The notes below the pieces were generated by a model. That model searched no databases, had not been told where the DNA came from, and worked only from the letters and a program-made list of their open reading frames with translations. Of a stretch of 64,000 nucleotides of DNA, positions 50,297 through 59,700 are shown piece after piece (positions within the stretch are counted from its first letter, which is position 1; each line of letters begins with the position of its first letter). The translations under genes were made by a program, and so were the position numbers. Source of the DNA: an uncultured cyanobacterium (GTDB taxonomy: Bacteria; Cyanobacteriota; Cyanobacteriia; CAKZMO01). Location of the stretch: the NCBI GenBank assembly GCA_963719515.1, contig CAVRCJ010000006.1, forward strand, positions 160,001 through 224,000, written 5' to 3'.

Positions 50297-51590
50297 GTTG
50301 AGCACCTCATCACCCCGCGAGGGGACTGAAACCTGGTTTGCAGTTTACCCTCAACACGTAACAATGAGTTGAGCACCTCATCACCCCGCGAGGGGACTGA
50401 AACAGTGATGCTGAGTCGAGCCAACTTGCCATGTTCGGTTGAGCACCTCATCACCCCGCGAGGGGACTGAAACCTGTCACAGGATCGCCCACGTTACCAT
50501 GTTAGGTTGAGCACCTCATCACCCCGCGAGGGGACTGAAACTGTTTCTCAGACCCAGGTTGGTTCGGGTCTTCAGGGTTGAGCACCTCATCACCCCGCGA
50601 GGGGACTGAAACTGGGGATGACTTCTATGCCTTCATCAGTTGCGCCAGGTTGAGCACCTCATCACCCCGCGAGGGGACTGAAACGCGAGCGACGAGGCAG
50701 AGGCTACCCAGACTCAAAGTTGAGCACCTCATCACCCCGCGAGGGGACTGAAACTCCCCGCTACACGTTTGCGCAACTGCGCTTCCGTTGAGCACCTCAT
50801 CACCCCGCGAGGGGACTGAAACGCGCAATTGCTTCGCATTCATCAGGATTTTCATACCGTTGAGCACCTCATCACCCCGCGAGGGGACTGAAACCGTAAA
50901 GTTTGTCTGTGCCTGAACCACGCCAAGAGTTGAGCACCTCATCACCCCGCGAGGGGACTGAAACAAGTGTGATTACACCAGTAGCTTGTACGTCATCGTT
51001 GAGCACCTCATCACCCCGCGAGGGGACTGAAACCAACGATTACGTCGTTGCTAAAGCTTACGCCGCTTGGTTGAGCACCTCATCACCCCGCGAGGGGACT
51101 GAAACTATATAGACGGCTTTTCCTCATAATTAAGGTCTTGTTGAGCACCTCATCACCCCGCGAGGGGACTGAAACATCTATTGTTAGTCAGACGAAAAGA
51201 TGCTTAACGGTTGAGCACCTCATCACCCCGCGAGGGGACTGAAACTTGGCCCCATGGCCAATCACTTCGCGGAGCGGCGTTGTTCAGCACCTCATCACCC
51301 CGCGAGGGGACTGAAACGTCTACTCTCGAGTTAACTATCAAGCCAATTCCGTGTTGAGCACCTCATCACCCCGCGAGGGGACTGAAACTTGAAGCCAGAG
51401 CCGTATTCTTTGAAACCTTCTAGTTGAGCACCTCATCACCCCGCGAGGGAACTGAAACTAGATCCCGTTACTCTCAATAAATCCTCCTATTAGTTGAGCA
51501 CCTCATCACCCCGCGAGGGGACTGAAACAGTTCACTCAGCTCAACAGGTAATACTGAAAGCTTTGGTCGAGCACCTACATCACCCCGCGA
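50297..51590 (+). CRISPR. CRISPR array 1: 18 full 36-nt repeats + degenerate terminal repeat, 18 spacers (32-37 nt)
   Basis: repeat GTTGAGCACCTCATCACCCCGCGAGGGGACTGAAAC; resembles cyanobacterial type III-D-associated repeats. Confidence 0.98.
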
Positions 51591-51656
51591 TCGCCCTCCT
51601 ACCCAGCAACGCCAGACCGGTAATCTCGAACGGTCGCTTAGAGCAATCGACACGCC

Positions 51657-51887
51657 GAGCCTTGAGACCGAAACATCAAGCTTTGAACCCAACGTTCCGA
51701 GCTTCGAGCCCGAGATTCCAAGCTCTGAGCCTGACTATTTGAGCTTTGAACCCGACACTTCGAGCTTTGAACTCGGCGCACCGAGCTTCGAGCTTGAGAT
51801 TTCAAGCTCTGAGCCTGACGTTCCGAGCTTCGAGCCTGACCATTTGAGCTTTGAACCTAATACTCCGAGCTGTGAGCCTGACGTTCT
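51657..51887. repeat. degenerate 21-bp tandem repeat, 11 units
   Basis: RAGCT(T/C)(T/C)GA(A/G)C... recurring at exact 21-bp period from 51657 to 51867. Confidence 0.8.
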
Positions 51888-51925
51888 GGGCCTGGAGATT
51901 GAAGGCGATCGCTAGGCGAGTGAAA

Positions 51926-52396
51926 CTAAGCTTCTTCGCCATGGGGCGGCTCAAACACGATTTCAAACTGGCCTTTGGGCATGTAGCGACGAATCGCCCG
52001 CAGATGGTCGTCGGCGTCTTGGCGGTTGCGGAAGCGGGCCACGACGTGGCGCTGCATCTTTTCGCGCAGGAGCACCAGCATCCAGGGGTGGCAGCCTGGC
52101 GGCAGCATTGACACCTCTAGGCAGGCGACCCGTGACGGGTCTAAGACCGACTGAAGAATTTGGATGATCTGCTCTCTTGTGGGGCTGTCGTCGATGGGAT
52201 GGAGAACCCAGCCTGGTGTGGGGTTGAGCTGAAAGCTGAGCTGGTAGCCCTGATGGGACTGAGAGCGATATACGGTCCAGGCGGGGTGCTGTAGTCGCTG
52301 ATAAATCTTGAAGCCTTGGGCTTGGAGGGCGGCTTGGATGCGAAAAATTTCCATAGCGATGTGGCGGTCTTGGGGACCACGGGTGGGGTGAGTCAT
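51926..52396 (-). CDS. hypothetical protein with recurrent cyanobacterial C-terminal domain
   Basis: PWMLVLLREKMQRHVVARFRNRQDADDHLRAIRR...FEIVFE. Confidence 0.7.
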   Translation of the reverse strand: MTHPTRGPQDRHIAMEIFRIQAALQAQGFKIYQRLQHPAWTVYRSQSHQGYQLSFQLNPTPGWVLHPIDDSPTREQIIQILQSVLDPSRVACLEVSMLPPGCHPWMLVLLREKMQRHVVARFRNRQDADDHLRAIRRYMPKGQFEIVFEPPHGEEA

Positions 52397-52440
52397 AGGA
52401 ATTGGCCGAGGTTGAGATGCGGTTCTCCCAAAGTTAACAC

Positions 52441-52456
52441 ACAGTGTGCACACTGT
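52441..52456. promoter_or_regulatory. perfect palindrome, candidate RHH operator
   Basis: ACAGTGTGCACACTGT plus an extra TGCACACT half-site at 52458; TAAAAT follows. Confidence 0.5.
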
Positions 52457-52512
52457 TTGCACACTTTAGGTAAAATATTGCTCATCCGGTAATCTGGTGA
52501 GGTGCGAAACTC

Positions 52513-52698
52513 ATGCAATTTGACGACGTGGCAACAAACAAGGCCAGGCTGGTTGCTTATTGCGACCCAGAGACAAAAGAAAAGCTTGAGAAATTGGCCG
52601 AACTTCGACTCCGAAGCTTGAGCAATTTGATCGAGTCTGTACTGGTTGAGGAGGTTGCCAAAGCTGAAGCTAATGGAGAGCTAGATTTGGGTAGCTGA
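52513..52698 (+). CDS. ribbon-helix-helix (Arc/CopG-like) protein
   Basis: GAGG RBS; KARLVAYCDPETKEKLEKLAELRLRSLSNLIESVL. Confidence 0.78.
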   Translation: MQFDDVATNKARLVAYCDPETKEKLEKLAELRLRSLSNLIESVLVEEVAKAEANGELDLGS

Positions 52699-52699
52699 C

Positions 52700-52804
52700 G
52701 TAGGTTGGGTTGGAGCGTAAGCGTAACCCAACGCTATCAATCGTCTTGTTGGGTTTCCTGACGTCTTAGCGCAGCCATGCCCGCAGGGCTATACCGCAAC
52801 CTAC
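52700..52804. repeat. GTAG-family REP doublet with small nested repeat
   Basis: GTAGGTTGGGTT..AACCCAAC ... GTTGGGTTTC..CAACCTAC. Confidence 0.65.
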
Positions 52805-52879
52805 AGAACACGATTAGCGTGGCGAACAGTGCCACCTATCGCCACGCTATCCGTCGCTGCGCTAATGGGTAGGTGTTTG

Positions 52880-53107
52880 AGGTGAACGCTAATGTGATGC
52901 CGCTCAAAAGCAGACAGCGTATAGGATGCAGGCGATCGCACCAGAAAAGAGGTTAGCGCAATGGCTGAAAACTAGTAGGAGTAGGAGTTTGACGCTTTGT
53001 GGGTTTGTAGTGATTGGGGCACTTTAGCGATGGATGTGTTAGATTTGGGTAGATTAGCGCAAACGAACCTTGAAAACTTGATAGGCACTCCGTTTCAAAG
53101 TGCCGCA
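52880..53107 (+). promoter_or_regulatory. leader of CRISPR array 2
   Basis: repeated TTAGCGCAA; GAACCTTGAAAAC at 53065. Confidence 0.6.
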
Positions 53108-53793
53108 GTCGCAATGACCTAATACCCCGCAAGGGGATTGAAACAGCTGTGTTGATTTTTCCTAGATAAGTTTTTACTGTCGCAATGACCTAGTACCCCG
53201 CAAGGGGATTGAAACCTTTAGTGAAGCGTATATCGTGCCCGATTAGAGGAGTCGCAATGACCTAGTACCCCGCAAGGGGATTGAAACTAAAAGTCGGCAC
53301 AGGTTGCAGCTCATGGACGTATGGTCGCAATGACCTAATACCCCGTAAGGGGATTGAAACAGAGCGAGGGCAGTCATGCCGAGCGATTTGCAGTGGTCGC
53401 AATGACCTAATACCCCGCAAGGGGATTGAAACGACTATCTCGCTGCAGTCGATAGACGGACGATTGCAGTCGCAATGACCTAATACCCCGCAAGGGGATT
53501 GAAACCAAATTCGGCATCGTAACTGACAGGGGATCTAGTTGTCGCAATGACCTAATACCCCGCAAGGGGATTGAAACAGCTCGCTATGACCTGGCAGCTT
53601 TGAAAAGATGTGTCGCAATGACCTAATACCCCGCAAGGGGATTGAAACTAAGAATTGATGTGGGTGAAAGAAGAAGATCGAAAAGGTCGCAATGACCTAA
53701 TACCCCGCAAGGGGATTGAAACGCAGTTATCAATATCAATCTCAAGCTGACGCTGCAGTCGCAATGATCTAATACCCCGAGGGGAATTGAAAC
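53108..53793 (+). CRISPR. CRISPR array 2: 10 repeats (37 nt, last degenerate), 9 spacers (34-37 nt)
   Basis: repeat GTCGCAATGACCTAATACCCCGCAAGGGGATTGAAAC; resembles cyanobacterial type I-D-associated repeats. Confidence 0.98.
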
Positions 53794-53825
53794 ACCTACT
53801 CAGCGAAATCAACGCTGAGTAGGTG
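53793..53825 (+). terminator. 13-bp hairpin immediately after array 2
   Basis: CACCTACTCAGCG-AAATCAA-CGCTGAGTAGGTG. Confidence 0.5.
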
Positions 53826-53872
53826 CGTTTGCCCACGTGCGATCGCCTACCAGAACACCCCTCACGGAATTC

Positions 53873-54162
53873 TGATACCGCTGGCGAAAAATTTCGTAAT
53901 CGAGCTGCACGCTCTGGAGGCCCCCTCCGCCCTCAATCCTGATACCACTGGCGAAAAGTTTCGTAATCGAGCTGCACGCTTTCGAGGCCCCCTAACCCCC
54001 AATTCTGGGGGAACCGGAGCAGTGGCCATACTATTCGCGGCTATTGACTTTAAGGAGTTCTAACCTCTCTGAAGTCCCTCGAATTGGGGGATTGAGGGGG
54101 CCTTCTCCGGGGCAGGAAATAGCCGAGATGTAAGCAAGACATGAAATTCGCCAGCGGTATCA
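53873..54162. mobile_element. MITE-like element with duplicated left end
   Basis: TIR TGATACC(G/A)CTGGCGAA at 53873 and 53940 vs TTCGCCAGCGGTATCA at 54147-54162; internal CCCCCAATTCTGGGGG palindrome. Confidence 0.6.
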
Positions 54163-54251
54163 ATTCTTACGAGACTCCACCTTCCGAGCTTCACCCCTCC
54201 TGAATCAGCAATCAAAGCTCCGCTTCAGAGCCAACGCGATCGCCCAAACCC

Positions 54252-55592
54252 TCAAATCCAGGGATCCTCATCCTCCTCAGCCGATGACGACGTCGAGGGT
54301 TCATCTGTCAAAGCTCCCTCCCCAGACTCCTGTCCATCCCGCGCAGCAGGCTCATCAGCCACAGGTTCCACAACATCAGCATTCTCAGCCACCTCATCGA
54401 CCCAGTCATCCCAGACGTCGCGCTCGTCCGTCTCCAAATCCTGCCCATCGCCCAACGCCTCAGAAGCGATCGCCGCATCCTTCTCCTTGGAATCAGCCAA
54501 AGGCTCTGGCGGCACGTCACCCACTGGCTGAGCGTCCACCTTCCCCTCCGCAGGCTCAGAAACCTGCTCCGCCGCCTCATCCCAGCCATCCCCTCCCCCA
54601 TCCCCACCGGCAGGAACCACTCGCGCCTCAGCAGGACTGCTCTGAGGCCCAGAGCGCGGCGCTTCCTCCTCCCAGTCCTCCAGCCCATCCGGTTCAGAGA
54701 CCTCAGGTTCAGAGACCTCGACGCGATCGCTCCCCCTAGCGCCCCCCTCTTCAACGTCGCCCCAGTCCCCCCAATCGTCCAAATCCTCATCTTCCAAGTC
54801 AGGATCGCCAGTCGGCTCGCCGCGCGGGATTGCCTGCTCCACCCGCTCAGTGACCGTCTGCACCTCAGTTTGAATCGTGCGCACCACCTCCTGCGCCTCT
54901 TGGGAAAAATCCTGCGACAGGGTCTGCGCCCGCTCCCGCGCTCGCTGCACCAGACTCCCCATCTGGCCCTGAGCCCGCTCCGCCATCCCTTGCACCTGAG
55001 ACGAGAGCGATCGCAGCTCTCGGGTGACGCTGTCCACATACTCTTCCTTGAGCATGGCGCGAATTTGGGCCAGCCGCTGCCGTAGGCCAGGCTGATAGAT
55101 CTCCAGCGCCTCCACCTCGTCCGCCGAAATCAGGGTGCGCTTGGCGCTAAAGCTAATAATTTGCTTCGGGGACAGCAGGTAGGTGCCGTCGGTGACCGCC
55201 GCCCAGGTGCCGGGGGTCATCAGGTAGCGCAAAATGACGCCATTGTCGGGGTTAAACAGGCAGTCCACCAGTTTTCCCACCCGCTCACCGCGATCGCTCC
55301 ACACCTCTTGGCCAATCAGCGACTCCAGCTGCTGCACCTTAGCCGCCACCGTCGGCTCTGGCTCTCCCTGCATCAGCAGCTTGTCCTCCCCCACCGCGTC
55401 AATCTGCGTCAGCTTAAACACCAGCCGCTTGGCCCCAAAGCGCCCCGGACGGCAGACCACCCCCAAGACGCGGTTGCGCTGGGGATACATCCACAGCGTC
55501 TCGACCCGGCCCACCTCCTCCATGGTCTGGCTGTCGAGGATGAGCTGACCTACAAGGTCGCGGTACTGCAAAATATCGGCGGGCTGAGTCAT
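54252..55592 (-). CDS. PRC-barrel domain protein with long acidic tail
   Basis: two PRC-barrel-like repeats (LIGQEVWSDRGERVGKLVD), coiled coil, D/E/W-rich tail. Confidence 0.8.
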   Translation of the reverse strand: MTQPADILQYRDLVGQLILDSQTMEEVGRVETLWMYPQRNRVLGVVCRPGRFGAKRLVFKLTQIDAVGEDKLLMQGEPEPTVAAKVQQLESLIGQEVWSDRGERVGKLVDCLFNPDNGVILRYLMTPGTWAAVTDGTYLLSPKQIISFSAKRTLISADEVEALEIYQPGLRQRLAQIRAMLKEEYVDSVTRELRSLSSQVQGMAERAQGQMGSLVQRARERAQTLSQDFSQEAQEVVRTIQTEVQTVTERVEQAIPRGEPTGDPDLEDEDLDDWGDWGDVEEGGARGSDRVEVSEPEVSEPDGLEDWEEEAPRSGPQSSPAEARVVPAGGDGGGDGWDEAAEQVSEPAEGKVDAQPVGDVPPEPLADSKEKDAAIASEALGDGQDLETDERDVWDDWVDEVAENADVVEPVADEPAARDGQESGEGALTDEPSTSSSAEEDEDPWI

Positions 55593-55672
55593 TGCGGGTC
55601 TATCTCGATCACCAAGGGATTACGTTAAGAAGCCTTTACAATAGAGTTTAATCCAGTCACTATTACAAGGTT

Positions 55673-56587
55673 ATGGTCGATCAACTTATCCGGGGAGCCG
55701 CTGCAGACGGCGGCATTCGCATCGTTGGGGCTATCACCACACAGGCCGCCAACGAAGCGCGACGGCGGCACCGGGCCTCCCACGTGGCCGCAGCGGCTCT
55801 GGGCCGCACCATGACCTCAGCGCTCATCCTTGCTTCTAGCATGAAACGCCCCGAATCTCGCGTCAACATTCGGGTGCGGGGCAACGGGCCGCTGGGAGAT
55901 GTTTTTGTCGATGGCGGGCTAGACGGCACCGTGCGGGGCTACGTCGATCACCCCGAGGTAGAGCTGCCCCCCAATCCCCAGGGGAAGCTCGACGTGGGCG
56001 GCGCAGTCGGCTCTGAGGGCTACCTCTACGTGGTGCGAGACGTGGGCTATGGCTACCCCTACTCCAGCACGGTGGAGCTGGTGTCTGGGGAAATCAGCGA
56101 GGATGTCACCCACTACCTCTCCACCTCAGAGCAGACGCCCTCGGCCTTGATTACAGGGGTTTTCGTCGATGCCACCGGGGTGACGGCGGCGGGGGGCTTG
56201 CTGATTCAGGTGATGCCCAAGGCGGCGCAGGACGACGAGCTGGTGGAACTCTTGGAGTCTCGCGTCGGTCAGCTGACGGGGTTTACGCCGCTGCTGCGGG
56301 CCGGGAAGACCCTGCCTCAGATTTTTCAGCAGCTGCTGGGGGATATGGGCCTGCAGATTTTCCCTGAAACCCAGATGATCCGGTTCCACTGCGGCTGCTC
56401 CTTCGAGCGCATGCTGGGGGCCATTAAGCTGCTAGGCGAGGACGACCTGCTAGACATGATTGCCAAGGACGACGGGGCCGAGGCCACCTGCCATTTTTGC
56501 GGCATGGTGTACCAGGCCAGCGCAGCAGACTTAGAAGCTCTGATCGAGGAGATTCATCAGGACCAGGAAGAGCGCCAAGCCACTTAA
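55673..56587 (+). CDS. hslO: Hsp33 redox chaperone
   Basis: AALGR, SEQTPS, CGCS and CHFC. Confidence 0.96.
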   Translation: MVDQLIRGAAADGGIRIVGAITTQAANEARRRHRASHVAAAALGRTMTSALILASSMKRPESRVNIRVRGNGPLGDVFVDGGLDGTVRGYVDHPEVELPPNPQGKLDVGGAVGSEGYLYVVRDVGYGYPYSSTVELVSGEISEDVTHYLSTSEQTPSALITGVFVDATGVTAAGGLLIQVMPKAAQDDELVELLESRVGQLTGFTPLLRAGKTLPQIFQQLLGDMGLQIFPETQMIRFHCGCSFERMLGAIKLLGEDDLLDMIAKDDGAEATCHFCGMVYQASAADLEALIEEIHQDQEERQAT

Positions 56588-56697
56588 GACCTAGCCTTCT
56601 GCGATGGACAGAGATTCCCCGTACGGGGTACAGCGTGCTATGCCTGCATAAGCTGTGCCCTCCAGCGTACGCCATCCCCTTCTAGCCAAACGCCAGC

Positions 56698-57903
56698 CTA
56701 CCCCAGCAGCGCCCAGCATTCCTTAGCGATCGCCCACTCTTCTCGGGCTGCCACCACCACCGCCCGAATCTTAGACTCCGGCGTCGCCACGTCCCCGTCT
56801 GACGTCACGCGGCTGTTCTTCTCGGGGTCTAGGGCCAAGCCCAAAAACCCTAGCCCCTCACTCGCCCGCTGCCGCACCGCCGCGCTGTGCTCACCCACGC
56901 CGCCGGTAAACACCAGTGCGTCCAGGCCCCCCAAGGCCATCAGCATCGAGCCAATCTCGCTGCGCAGCCGGTGAATAAATAGGTCTAGCGCCAGCTTCGC
57001 TTGCGGATTGCCCTGCTCAATAGCCTGGCCAATCTGTCGCATATCGCCAGAGAGCTCAGACACCCCCTTGAGCCCAGACTCCTTGTTGAGCAGGTGGTCC
57101 AAATGTTCGACGGTGTAGTTTTGCGATCGCACCATGTGAATCAGGATGCCGGGGTCGATGGAGCCTGACCGGGTGCCCATCATCAGACCTTCTAGCGGCG
57201 TAAAGCCCATGGTGGTGTTGATGCTGCGCCCCTCGCCGACCGCCGCCAAAGAGCAGCCGTTACCCAGGTGACAGGTAATCAGCTTTAGCTCGGTGACGTC
57301 CCGCCCTAGAAGCTGGGCGGCCCTGTGGGCGCAATACTGGTGGCTGATGCCGTGGAACCCATAGCGGCGAATCCCGGCTTTGTACCAGCGGTAGGGGACG
57401 GGGTAGAGCTGCGCCGTCAGCGGCATCTGGGCGTGAAACGCGGTGTCAAATACCGCCACTTGGGGCACCGCCGCCCCCAGCCGCTGCCCCACGGCTTCAA
57501 TGCCCTCTAGATTCACGCTGTTGTGGCTGGGGGCCAGGGGAATCAGGCCGGCGATCGCCGCCTTAACGTCATCAGTGATGCGGACGCTTTGCTGATAGTC
57601 GCTGCCGCCGTGAACGACGCGATGACCCACGCCGTCAATGTCGCTCGGGCCATCAATGACGGCGGTTTTTCCCGCCCAGAGGGTGTCGAGCATTTTGGCA
57701 ATGCCAGTGGGTTTATCTGTGCCCTGCAGCTTGTCGTGGTGGGTCTGCCCAGCGGCCTCAACGCTGAGCGCGGGGCCGTCGGCCTGGGTCCAGTCAATGC
57801 TGGCCTTCCACAGGGGCTCTGGCGGAGACTGGGGCAGCGTTGTCAGCTCATACAGGCGGCTCTTCTGGCTGCTCGACCCGGCGTTCATTACAAGTAGTTT
57901 CAT
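56698..57903 (-). CDS. ackA: acetate kinase
   Basis: NAGSSS, GHRVVHGG, FDTAFH, YGFHGISH and HLGNG. Confidence 0.97.
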   Translation of the reverse strand: MKLLVMNAGSSSQKSRLYELTTLPQSPPEPLWKASIDWTQADGPALSVEAAGQTHHDKLQGTDKPTGIAKMLDTLWAGKTAVIDGPSDIDGVGHRVVHGGSDYQQSVRITDDVKAAIAGLIPLAPSHNSVNLEGIEAVGQRLGAAVPQVAVFDTAFHAQMPLTAQLYPVPYRWYKAGIRRYGFHGISHQYCAHRAAQLLGRDVTELKLITCHLGNGCSLAAVGEGRSINTTMGFTPLEGLMMGTRSGSIDPGILIHMVRSQNYTVEHLDHLLNKESGLKGVSELSGDMRQIGQAIEQGNPQAKLALDLFIHRLRSEIGSMLMALGGLDALVFTGGVGEHSAAVRQRASEGLGFLGLALDPEKNSRVTSDGDVATPESKIRAVVVAAREEWAIAKECWALLG

Positions 57904-57992
57904 TGCCGCCTCTCTCGCTCACAGTCGGTAATTCGTAGATGTTGATCCGATGATACCTTTGTGCCTGATGATCACACCGCTGTAATTGCTCT

Positions 57993-58751
57993 ATGCACAC
58001 TGATGCCTGGCTGGGGCTGCTAATCGGCAACACCCAACTACATTGGGGCCGATTCGAGCGGGGTGCCCTCGTCGAAGTTTGGGACCAGCCTCACCTCAGC
58101 CCTGCCGACTTAGCAGCGCCAGCGATCGCCAGGGTTCCGGCAGCCCATCAGGCCTTAGCGGCCACCCGGCGGCTGTGGCTGGCCTCCGTGGTGCCGCAGC
58201 AGACCCAATACTGGCAAGCTTACTGCCAGCCCCCCATCACCCTAAAGCAGGTGCCGCTGCGGGGCACCTACCCCACCCTCGGCGTCGATCGGGCTTTGGC
58301 GCTGTGGGGGGCAGGGCAGCGCTGGGGCTTTCCGGCCTTAGTCATTGACGGCGGAACGGCCCTCACCTACACCGGAGCCGACGCAGCGCAAACCCTAGTG
58401 GGCGGCGCAATTTTGCCGGGGCTGGGGCTGCAGCTGCGATCGCTGCACCAGTCCACCGGACTGCTGCCTTTGCTGCCTGCCACCCCCCCAAAGCCAGAGC
58501 CGCCCCAGCGCTGGGCCACCACCACCGACGGAGCGATCGCCAGCGGCGTGTTTTATAGCGCGATCGCTGGCGTCGAGTCGTTTCTCACCGACTGGCAACG
58601 CCGGTTCCCCAACAGCGCCGTCCTGTTCACGGGCGGTGACGGCGAGCTGCTGTGCCAGTCCCTTTCAGAGCCGCTGCGGCAGCAGGCCCACCACGACCCC
58701 CACCTTGGGTTTTGGGGGCTTCAGCAGGTGCGCAGCGCGATCGCGAGCTGA
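57993..58751 (+). CDS. coaX: type III pantothenate kinase
   Basis: IGNT, LGVDR, VIDGGTALT, GGAILPG and TGGDG. Confidence 0.92.
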   Translation: MHTDAWLGLLIGNTQLHWGRFERGALVEVWDQPHLSPADLAAPAIARVPAAHQALAATRRLWLASVVPQQTQYWQAYCQPPITLKQVPLRGTYPTLGVDRALALWGAGQRWGFPALVIDGGTALTYTGADAAQTLVGGAILPGLGLQLRSLHQSTGLLPLLPATPPKPEPPQRWATTTDGAIASGVFYSAIAGVESFLTDWQRRFPNSAVLFTGGDGELLCQSLSEPLRQQAHHDPHLGFWGLQQVRSAIAS

Positions 58752-58808
58752 ACCCTATCTAGAATTGGTCTTCGGCGCTGTCCCCCCGCAGAAGCGATGC
58801 GGTAATCG

Positions 58809-59267
58809 CTACGCGACGACGGTTTTGCCGGCGAAGTAGTCAGCGAGCTGCTGGGCGTGATCATGGGCTAGCTCTTCGAGCACGATGTCCTCACGCTTAA
58901 AGGCTTGAGCAACTTTAATCTCAACTTGGTCCTGCACCTTAAACTCCCCGGCCACCTCCACTTCCACCAAAACGCTGATGGCGTGAAAGCGGGGATCTCG
59001 CTGGGGCGACGAGTAGACCCCCACCAGTCGGCGAATCCCCGTGACCTCCAATCCTGTCTCTTCCGCAATCTCTCGGTGCACCGTCTCAGAAATGTCTTGG
59101 CCCCAGTCGATCATGCCGCCGGGAAGAGACCACCTGCCGCTGTCGCGACGCTGTACCAGCACAATGCGGCCATCCGCCAGAATGGGAATCATGGTGGTGC
59201 CGACGACCGGGTGTCGCAGAACGGCCCCCACGGCGGACTGAAATACATGCCAAAGCTGACCGAGCAT
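58809..59267 (-). CDS. NUDIX hydrolase
   Basis: WSLPGGMIDWGQ...HREIAEETGL Nudix box. Confidence 0.92.
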   Translation of the reverse strand: MLGQLWHVFQSAVGAVLRHPVVGTTMIPILADGRIVLVQRRDSGRWSLPGGMIDWGQDISETVHREIAEETGLEVTGIRRLVGVYSSPQRDPRFHAISVLVEVEVAGEFKVQDQVEIKVAQAFKREDIVLEELAHDHAQQLADYFAGKTVVA

Positions 59268-59700
59268 AGGTTAGGCGCTGATTAAAAACAAAACGAGTAA
59301 GAGCAGTCGAATGAGTCACATCCTTGAGGTTGGGGGCGATCGCGAGGGTCGCCGCCCTCATTGTGGCTAATCCTAGGGGGGGATGTCGATAGGTCTAAGC
59401 CTGCGATCGCCGCCGTCCCAGCATGTGACGATTTATTAAAAAATGAGAAATCGTTACGTTTTTTAGTAATTTGGGATGAGGGGATACAAACTGGTAGACT
59501 CACTTCGGCTTTGCCGGTTTTTTCAGCGCGTCGTGCTGGTGAACTGCTGCGAGCTGCAGCATTAATCAGAGCCTGATGCGCTGGTGTAGATTAACAAACT
59601 GTTGCAGAATTACATTGTGCAGGATTGAGCTGCATGGGGGCGTGGGAGCGTCAAACGCAGCTCCGGTGAGCTGCCTAGAGCCATGTTGTTAGGGAGAGCT

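Noticed and set aside
50333..53757. Self-targeting spacers
   Set aside because: I found no match within this window by eye; a genome-wide search is needed.
50118..53836. ORFs overlapping the arrays (e.g. 50625-50966, 50903-51112, 53281-53478) and cas-gene calls for the intervening genes
   Set aside because: They are translations of repeat-spacer units; the two real intervening ORFs show no Cas motifs that I recognise.
54284..55039. Pro/Gln-rich and Arg-rich ORFs
   Set aside because: Shadow frames of the low-complexity acidic tail of the PRC-barrel gene.
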